Of a stretch of 64,000 bases of DNA, positions 57,672 to 64,000 are shown piece after piece. Origin of the DNA: Nitrosopumilaceae archaeon (GTDB lineage: Archaea > Thermoproteota > Nitrososphaeria > Nitrososphaerales > Nitrosopumilaceae); the NCBI GenBank assembly GCA_965207375.1, contig OZ242274.1, forward strand, positions 928,001 through 992,000. Reading direction: 5' to 3'. The position numbers and the translations under genes are program-made. Position 1 is the first letter of the stretch, and every line of letters starts with the position of its first letter. The notes under the pieces were generated by a model, which ran no database searches, had not been told where the DNA came from, and saw nothing but the letters and a program-made list of their open reading frames with translations.

Positions 57672-57850
57672 TTGATTAACGGAACGAAAGTATATTACAA
57701 CTATACCAAAAAGCACGGTTCACTTGAAAGAAAAACCCCAGCAGAACAAGCCATGATCAAAGTTGATGGTAAGAACAAATGGATTACGCTTATTCAAAAC
57801 GCCTCACTTTACAAGGAAAATTCAGTTTAGGTCTCTAACCTAACAGAACC
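57672..57850 (+). mobile_element. IS6-family remnant: transposase C-terminus and right terminal inverted repeat
   Basis: LINGTKVYYNYTKKHGSLERKTPAEQAMIKVDGKNKWITLIQNA* (57672-57830); TAACAGAACC at 57841-57850 = reverse complement of GGTTCTGTTA, IS6-type end. Confidence 0.75.
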
Positions 57851-57894
57851 CACATTAGACACACTTATAACGTACTAGTACCGTACTATACGGT

Positions 57895-59118
57895 ATGGAT
57901 ATAGCAAAATTCGATTTATCAGACCTCGAAGGCGTAGGTCCGGTAACCAAGAAAAAACTAGAAGATGCAGGAATCAATACCATGATGGATCTAATTGTCA
58001 GAGGTCCAGTGGAACTTGAAGAAATTTCCAGCATGACTTCTGAGACGTGTGAGAAAATAGTCACTCATGCACGTAAACAACTAATAGAATCAGGATCACT
58101 TGCAAAAGAATTTTCTACGGCTTCTGAGATTTACACTAGACGCAAGTCCATTGGTAAAATCAGCACTGCCACTGATGCATTAGATGAGCTATTCGGCGGC
58201 GGTATTGAAACTCAAGCAGTCACCGAAGTATATGGTGAATTCGGATCTGGTAAAACACAACTTTGTCACACTCTGTGTGTCAGTACCCAAAAACCAAAAG
58301 AAGAGGGTGGACTTGACGGCAATGTGCTATACATTGACACTGAAGGCACATTTAGACCTGAAAGAATTGTATCAATTGCACAAGCACACAAGATGGATCC
58401 TGTCAAAGTACTTGATAGAATCATTGTTGCCCGTGCATACAACAGCTCTCATCAAATATTGATTCTAGAAGAGGCTGGAAAAATGATTCAAGAAGAAAAT
58501 ATCAAATTGATCGTTTCAGATTCCACAACTGGCTTGTTTAGAATGGAATATCTAGGACGTGGTACATTGGCATCCAGACAACAAAAGATTGGACGATACA
58601 TCCGATTACTGTCTAGAATCGCCGAAGCTTACAACTGTGCAGTTGTTGCAACAAACCAAGTATCCTCTAGTCCAGATTCATTCTTTGGAGATCCAACACG
58701 ACCTGTAGGTGGTAATGTCTTGGGTCATGCTAGCACATACAGAATCTACATCCGAAAGGGTGGAAAAAACAAACGTGTTGCAAAAATGGTTGATAGTCCT
58801 CACCATGCATTATCCGAAGCAGTATTTGAGCTAGGAGAAATGGGTGTACAAGATACCGAAGATCATCTAAAAAAGGTCGAAAAAGAATCTGTAAAAGCTG
58901 AGAAAGTTGCTGCTAAAGAAGCTGACAAGGCTGCCAAACAAGCAGAAAAAAAATCTACCAAAAAGACAAAACTTGATGTAACCGAATCACCGGTTGACAC
59001 TAATACGTCTGAAGAAATCATTAATACTGAATCAGCCCCTGCCCAAGAGATTCCAGAACCTGAATCTATTGGAAAAGTTGAAACAGAAATTGATGACTTT
59101 GACCCTCTAGAAGAATAA
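57895..59118 (+). CDS. radA: DNA repair and recombination protein RadA with charged C-terminal extension
   Basis: HhH N-terminus, GGIETQAVTEVYGEFGSGKTQ, YIDTEGTFRPER, EYLGRGTLASRQQ, GGNVLGH. Confidence 0.96.
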   Translation: MDIAKFDLSDLEGVGPVTKKKLEDAGINTMMDLIVRGPVELEEISSMTSETCEKIVTHARKQLIESGSLAKEFSTASEIYTRRKSIGKISTATDALDELFGGGIETQAVTEVYGEFGSGKTQLCHTLCVSTQKPKEEGGLDGNVLYIDTEGTFRPERIVSIAQAHKMDPVKVLDRIIVARAYNSSHQILILEEAGKMIQEENIKLIVSDSTTGLFRMEYLGRGTLASRQQKIGRYIRLLSRIAEAYNCAVVATNQVSSSPDSFFGDPTRPVGGNVLGHASTYRIYIRKGGKNKRVAKMVDSPHHALSEAVFELGEMGVQDTEDHLKKVEKESVKAEKVAAKEADKAAKQAEKKSTKKTKLDVTESPVDTNTSEEIINTESAPAQEIPEPESIGKVETEIDDFDPLEE

Positions 59119-59181
59119 TTCTTCTTTTTTCTTTATTTTTGTAAGTGTTAAAATAGGGTTCTCAGGGATCTCTAGTCAGAT

Positions 59182-59481
59182 ATGGCAACTAAGAAGACAT
59201 CTGGCCGTTCTCATGGATTCAGGCACAAGTCACGATCTGTAATGACAAAAAAGTCACCAAGAGGTGTTGCATTTTTACTGCGGGAATACAAACAAGGCCA
59301 ACAAGCACTAGTTATTATTGATCCACGCCAGCACAAGGGCTTACCACACCGACGTTATCATGGCAAAGTAGGCTTGATAACAAATGTTGATAGGCGTGCA
59401 GTCACATTAGATGTTAAATTAGGCAATAAAACCAAAACCTTAATCACTAGATATGACCATATCAAACCATTCGGTGTTTAA
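59182..59481 (+). CDS. rpl21e: 50S ribosomal protein eL21
   Basis: SHGFRHKSR, KGLPHRRYHGKVG, HIKP. Confidence 0.96.
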   Translation: MATKKTSGRSHGFRHKSRSVMTKKSPRGVAFLLREYKQGQQALVIIDPRQHKGLPHRRYHGKVGLITNVDRRAVTLDVKLGNKTKTLITRYDHIKPFGV

Positions 59482-59483
59482 CA

Positions 59484-59810
59484 ATGGAAGAGGTAAAAAA
59501 GAAAAAAACAATTTCAGTTTCTGAAGTAAAAGAAATTCTTGGAAAAAGTGATCCAGAGTCAATGGATCAAATTCAACGATGGACATATGATTATGTTTCA
59601 AAGTTTGTAACCATTGATCCTGCCGATGCTAAAAAAATGAAGCAAAAATTAATCAAAGACTGTGAACTTACAGAAGAGGAAGCAGTTGAAATTGTAAACA
59701 TTAGGCCAACAACACTGGCTGAGCTTCGCTCATTTACATTTGGTTGGAAAAAACTCATCTTGGCAGAAACCCTTGAAAAAATGCTCAAAATAATCAAGGA
59801 GCATTCTTAA
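59484..59810 (+). CDS. rpo4: RNA polymerase subunit Rpo4 (F)
   Basis: EVKEIL, DYVSKF, IVNIRPTT.AELR; conserved rpl21e-rpo4-DUF655-ksgA order. Confidence 0.93.
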   Translation: MEEVKKKKTISVSEVKEILGKSDPESMDQIQRWTYDYVSKFVTIDPADAKKMKQKLIKDCELTEEEAVEIVNIRPTTLAELRSFTFGWKKLILAETLEKMLKIIKEHS

Positions 59811-59830
59811 GTTTTTGAGATGATTTAATT

Positions 59831-60397
59831 TTGCAACAGGCCAACACATCACCTAGAAAGTATGAAGAATATGCGTATGTATTAGACTTTAATCCGCGTG
59901 GCAAATCCACTACAGTTAGAGGACGAGAAGGAATTATAATTACTGCAATAGGCGAAGACAGACTAACACTGCTTGAAATCTTGGGAGTTCCAAACTCTTC
60001 ATTTGATATAGTGGAACGCATCTATATCGGAAAAGAAGGGCGAACTAAAGTTTCATCAGTATTGGGTAAAATGGAATATGGAAATATCTCAAACCCTGCT
60101 CAAAATGAGCTTTCTAATGTAGTAGAAATTATAGTAGAAAATAATGAGGAAAAATTTGTCAGCTATCTAAATAACGCCAGACCTCTTACACCTAGAATTC
60201 ATGCACTTGAATTGATTCCAGGCATTGGAAAAACCTACATGAAAGCAATGCTTGATGAACGAGACAAGAAAAAATTTGAAAGCTATGAGGATTTGCAAGA
60301 ACGTATTGGATTCAAAGAACCAATAAAGCAAATCTCAAAACGCATCATGGAGGAAGTAACCGGAGAGACTAGAATGAATCTCTTCGTCAAGAGATGA
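59831..60397 (+). CDS. DUF655 family putative RNA-binding protein
   Basis: EEYAYVLDF, RIYIGK..R.KV, RIHALELIPGIGK. Confidence 0.92.
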   Translation: MQQANTSPRKYEEYAYVLDFNPRGKSTTVRGREGIIITAIGEDRLTLLEILGVPNSSFDIVERIYIGKEGRTKVSSVLGKMEYGNISNPAQNELSNVVEIIVENNEEKFVSYLNNARPLTPRIHALELIPGIGKTYMKAMLDERDKKKFESYEDLQERIGFKEPIKQISKRIMEEVTGETRMNLFVKR

Positions 60398-61086
60398 ATA
60401 AAAGACAAAACCTAGGCCAACATTTTCTTACATCTCAAGTCATTGCCTCAAAAATTGTCCAGTCAGCTGATGTCTCTGCAAATGATGTCGTGCTAGAAAT
60501 TGGTACAGGACTTGGGATTTTAATTCCTAAGATGTGTCAAAATGCAAAAAAGGTAATCTCAATTGAGGCAGACAGGTCACTATACCTGACTGCCAAACAG
60601 AGCTTTGATTTTGATAATTTGGAATTGATCTGTGATGACGGATTCAAGACAAACAAAAAATTTTCTGTTTTTATTTCAAATCTTCCTTATTCAAAAAGCA
60701 AAACTGCAATAGAGTGGCTATCTCAGAGGCGATTTTTCTGCGCAATAATTATGGTACAATCAGAATTTGCCGACAAGTTATTTGAAAACAACAGAGCAGT
60801 TGCCATAATCGCAAACTATTGTTTTGAGATACAAAAAATAATCAAGGTAGGAAGGAATAATTTTTCTCCTGTGCCTAAAGTTGACTCTGTTGTGTTACGC
60901 CTAATACAAAAACACACTTTATCTTATGATATCATCAAAACAATAAATCTAATGTTCTCATATAGGCGTAAAACCGTATCTAATGTTTTAAAGAAATTTA
61001 ACATCTCTAATGATTCTAAACTACGACTCGAAGATCTAAGTGGAGATGACATAATCAATATTGCCAAACAAATTAGCAAGCAATGA
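60394..61086 (+). CDS. ksgA: 16S rRNA adenine dimethyltransferase
   Basis: LGQHFL, LEIGTG.G, SNLPY, MVQSEFA, FSPVPKVDS. Confidence 0.94.
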   Translation: MNKRQNLGQHFLTSQVIASKIVQSADVSANDVVLEIGTGLGILIPKMCQNAKKVISIEADRSLYLTAKQSFDFDNLELICDDGFKTNKKFSVFISNLPYSKSKTAIEWLSQRRFFCAIIMVQSEFADKLFENNRAVAIIANYCFEIQKIIKVGRNNFSPVPKVDSVVLRLIQKHTLSYDIIKTINLMFSYRRKTVSNVLKKFNISNDSKLRLEDLSGDDIINIAKQISKQ

Positions 61087-61609
61087 ATACATTCCTGCAG
61101 AAGACACCTTTTTTCTAGCAGATGGTATTGAGGCAGAATCAGGAACTAGTGCTCTAGATGTGGGTACAGGTTCGGGATATCTTGCCAAACTGCTTACAAA
61201 AAAATTTTCGTTTGTGGCAGGTACTGATATTAATTTTCAGGCACTGTCTAATCAAACTTACAAGATAGACAATCTAGTTTGCTGTCACGGTGCTAGTGCG
61301 TTTAATGTACAATTTGATTTGATAATTTGCAATCTACCTTATTTGGCAACTGATGAAATTTTAGATATTGCAACTGATGGGGGAAAAGACGGTCTAGAAA
61401 TTACCACAAAAATTATTGATACGATTCCCTCACAGCTAAAGCCTGGAGGAAAATTTCTTTTTATTACATCATCTCTGTCGAATTATCAAAAATTAATCCA
61501 GTATTGCCAAGGGTTGAAACTGCATGTGCGTGTAGTGTCTAAAAAAAAGTTATTTTTTGAGGAATTAATTCTAGTAGAGGCTAAAAAATCAACAAATTTA
61601 CAATTTTAA
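61061..61609 (+). CDS. HemK2/PrmC-like methyltransferase
   Basis: YIPAEDTFFL, DVGTGSG, NLPYL, DGGKDG. Confidence 0.9.
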   Translation: MPNKLASNEYIPAEDTFFLADGIEAESGTSALDVGTGSGYLAKLLTKKFSFVAGTDINFQALSNQTYKIDNLVCCHGASAFNVQFDLIICNLPYLATDEILDIATDGGKDGLEITTKIIDTIPSQLKPGGKFLFITSSLSNYQKLIQYCQGLKLHVRVVSKKKLFFEELILVEAKKSTNLQF

Positions 61610-61904
61610 TTTGTGATATGCCATGCCTAGCTTGTGTGCGATTGATATTTTTTTACACACATGATTTGTCAAATGTATCTTTTGTCAAGTCTTTTATGAT
61701 TGATATGTGCCTAGTATTGCTTTTGCTAGAGTTGTTGTAGAGCCGGTTATAGTGTGTCAGAGTTACTGTTTGATTGTTTTTTATTTGATGATGTTTTTTA
61801 TTAATCACTTTTTCAAATGAAAATCTTAACTTCTAAATCAAAAAAAAGCATGCCGTGATTCATTATCATCTCTTATATAACCAAAGACCATAAGGAGTAT
61901 AGAT

Positions 61905-63332
61905 ATGAATAAACCTATAATTTTGTCAATATCTTTGTTGATGGCCATGATCATGGTTTCAGCAGGAGTAACATATGCCCAAACTACCGGAGAAATTAAC
62001 GACAGTGTCATGATAGACATTGAACCAAAAGATAAGACAGTAGGGCCAATAGGTGTGACTGATGAGCTAACAAAGAAAATTAAAGAATTGAAGAATAATT
62101 ACAACAAAATAAAAGAAAATTTTGAGCAGCCCTTAAAATCAGATGATAAAATAAGGCAGCTAAAATCTGATTATATACAAAAGACCAGAGAGATAAATGA
62201 ACTGTTACATGTACCGCCTACAAGAGATTTTCTTGCAGAATGGGATGCACTTGATTTGCAAATAATGACTCTTGAGGAAAAGCAGGAATACGAGTACTCA
62301 GAATACAGGCAACAGAGCATAAATGAGCTGTATAAACAACTAGAATCACTAGATCAACAGAGCATAAATTCTATGAAATTAGAGCCTGCTGTAGAAAAAA
62401 AATTACTCAATATAGAACAAAAACTGTACAATAAATATTCAAACTATACCTCAAATACATACGTTGGAGAAAACTCGGTAGAATTTCCTTACATTGATTA
62501 CGAACAACAAAGAATAGTCCTTCTAATTGATGAAAATAATACTCTTACAGAATCTGACATGAATTCAATCTCAATTGCACATGATGTGATGAAGACATAC
62601 GGTACAAGTGACATATCAGTGGAATTTACAAGCATTGTAGAGCTCTCATGTTCTAAAGTTACTGATGACTGTGATCCTCTAATTGGCGGAATTGCACTTG
62701 CAAGAGATGATTCAAAAAACTCACTTGCTGGCACTGTTGGGTTTAGAGCAAAAGATAACAATGACAATGTGGGATTTGTAACTGCAGGACACGTAGTTCA
62801 ATTCAAAGATTCGACTAACACACAGATGCGACAACCTGTAGGAGGTTCTGTAGTAGGTACAATTCCGAGTAATGGTGATGATGTCTGTTATACGGGTGGA
62901 GGAGTAGACAAGAATGAAAGAACTAGTAATAATAAATCATGTGACTTTGCATTTGTAACGATGAAAAGTAATGTATCAATTTCTGATGACATATACAAGT
63001 CATCTAAAAGTACATATGACATCAATGATATGGCAGTAAAATCTGATCAAATACCTGGTAAATTACTAAAGTGGGTTGGTGCAACAAGTGGAGTAAATAC
63101 TGCAAAGATACACTCTTACTCTTCTACTTTAGACAGAGTAATTCTTACAAGTAATAATGCCGTTGTTGGCGGTGATAGCGGTGGACCTGTTTTCAAATCT
63201 ACTGTCGGAGCTAGAAATACATACAACGCTGAAATGTTTGGAATTATAATTAATGATCTTGGGAATAAACGTATTTTATTTGAGCCAACGCACAAAATTA
63301 TGGGTGAGTTAGATTTACAGACACACCATTGA
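61905..63332 (+). CDS. Secreted chymotrypsin-like (S1) serine protease with long coiled-coil pro-region
   Basis: Signal peptide ending TYA; PLIGGI, GFVTAGH, CDFAFV, GDSGGPV catalytic triad motifs. Confidence 0.88.
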   Translation: MNKPIILSISLLMAMIMVSAGVTYAQTTGEINDSVMIDIEPKDKTVGPIGVTDELTKKIKELKNNYNKIKENFEQPLKSDDKIRQLKSDYIQKTREINELLHVPPTRDFLAEWDALDLQIMTLEEKQEYEYSEYRQQSINELYKQLESLDQQSINSMKLEPAVEKKLLNIEQKLYNKYSNYTSNTYVGENSVEFPYIDYEQQRIVLLIDENNTLTESDMNSISIAHDVMKTYGTSDISVEFTSIVELSCSKVTDDCDPLIGGIALARDDSKNSLAGTVGFRAKDNNDNVGFVTAGHVVQFKDSTNTQMRQPVGGSVVGTIPSNGDDVCYTGGGVDKNERTSNNKSCDFAFVTMKSNVSISDDIYKSSKSTYDINDMAVKSDQIPGKLLKWVGATSGVNTAKIHSYSSTLDRVILTSNNAVVGGDSGGPVFKSTVGARNTYNAEMFGIIINDLGNKRILFEPTHKIMGELDLQTHH

Positions 63333-64000
63333 TTCTTTTTCCTCTGATCATATTTGTAGTATTGATTATTCCATTAGCACATGCTGATGATAAATGGAAT
63401 GCCGTTTCTGTTTTTGATCATGTAAATAACAACACACAGTATATTTTCTATTATTATGCTGAAAATTCTACTTTTACATTAATTGAACCGCCTGAATTAG
63501 GATATCATTTTCCGTCTTTCATATTTGATACGTCTGAAAATGTGGATGGATATCTAAAATTCAAAGCACCAAAAAACTATCCCTTTCATTCAACATCTTC
63601 TCCATTTTTAGCTTTGATGTCAGATTATAAAGAAATGAACTATGCTTTAGAGTGGGATGATTCAGATGCAGAATATGGTTCAAATGACTGTTTTTATGAA
63701 ATAAAATTATTTGTAGGAAATCTAACAAAAGTTGAATTTACTAGTCCTATTCCTCCTGTAGTGAATTTAACATTTGAATCACAAAATATTCCAGAGAAAT
63801 GCCTTTTGCAAACAATTGCAGGATATTCCCCATTTTCAGATGACGACTGGAAAATTTACAAATTGAATGGAAATTTCAGTAACCTCGATGATTCCTATGT
63901 TTTCAATATTCCATATAATCTACATGCAGGCCAGATAGATGCGATTCAAATTGATCAAAAAACCATGTCTTTTCTCATTGTTTTAAAAAATAGCACAGGT
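63329..64000 (+). CDS. Secreted hypothetical protein (runs off window)
   Basis: Not in ORF track; TTGA overlap with protease stop; MILFPLIIFVVLIIPLAHA-DDKWNAV..., open to window end. Confidence 0.75.
   Translation, partial: MILFPLIIFVVLIIPLAHADDKWNAVSVFDHVNNNTQYIFYYYAENSTFTLIEPPELGYHFPSFIFDTSENVDGYLKFKAPKNYPFHSTSSPFLALMSDYKEMNYALEWDDSDAEYGSNDCFYEIKLFVGNLTKVEFTSPIPPVVNLTFESQNIPEKCLLQTIAGYSPFSDDDWKIYKLNGNFSNLDDSYVFNIPYNLHAGQIDAIQIDQKTMSFLIVLKNSTG

Noticed and set aside
61610-61800. Short direct repeats (TGATATG..TGCCTAG, TTTGTCAA) and possible IS end
   Set aside because: Too short and degenerate to support from this window alone
888-62767. Numerous 60-200 aa antisense/overlapping ORFs in the track
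   Set aside because: Shadow frames of well-supported genes with no motifs of their own

Overview
Chromosomal segment from an AT-rich ammonia-oxidising archaeon (Nitrososphaerota/Thaumarchaeota, most like Nitrosopumilaceae). The lineage is inferred from the archaeal histone, Topo VI, RadA, fibrillarin/Nop5, r-proteins eS17/eS30/eL21, a ubiquitin-like/Cgi121 fusion, a cupredoxin and IPxWxK-repeat surface proteins. Most of it is dense housekeeping: purine/pyrimidine synthesis, tRNA/rRNA modification, ribosome biogenesis, Topo VI, RadA-rpl21e-rpo4-ksgA, and two intronless tRNAs (Thr-CGT, Cys-GCA). Accessory parts: (1) a five-gene surface locus at 5.4-12.8 kb centred on a 1416-aa secreted protein with four tandem CHRD domains, each with four conserved His in a Cu/Zn-SOD-like order, then an HF|T candidate autoproteolysis motif and a Pro/Thr/Glu stalk (best candidate for an undescribed system); (2) a decayed island at 23-26.6 kb; (3) nested ISH3/IS6 remnants at 56.7-57.9 kb; (4) a secreted S1 protease with a coupled partner gene at the right end. 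Several small ORFs missing from the ORF track and several structured intergenic RNA candidates were read by eye. No database searches or folding programs were run; all calls are from motif recognition.
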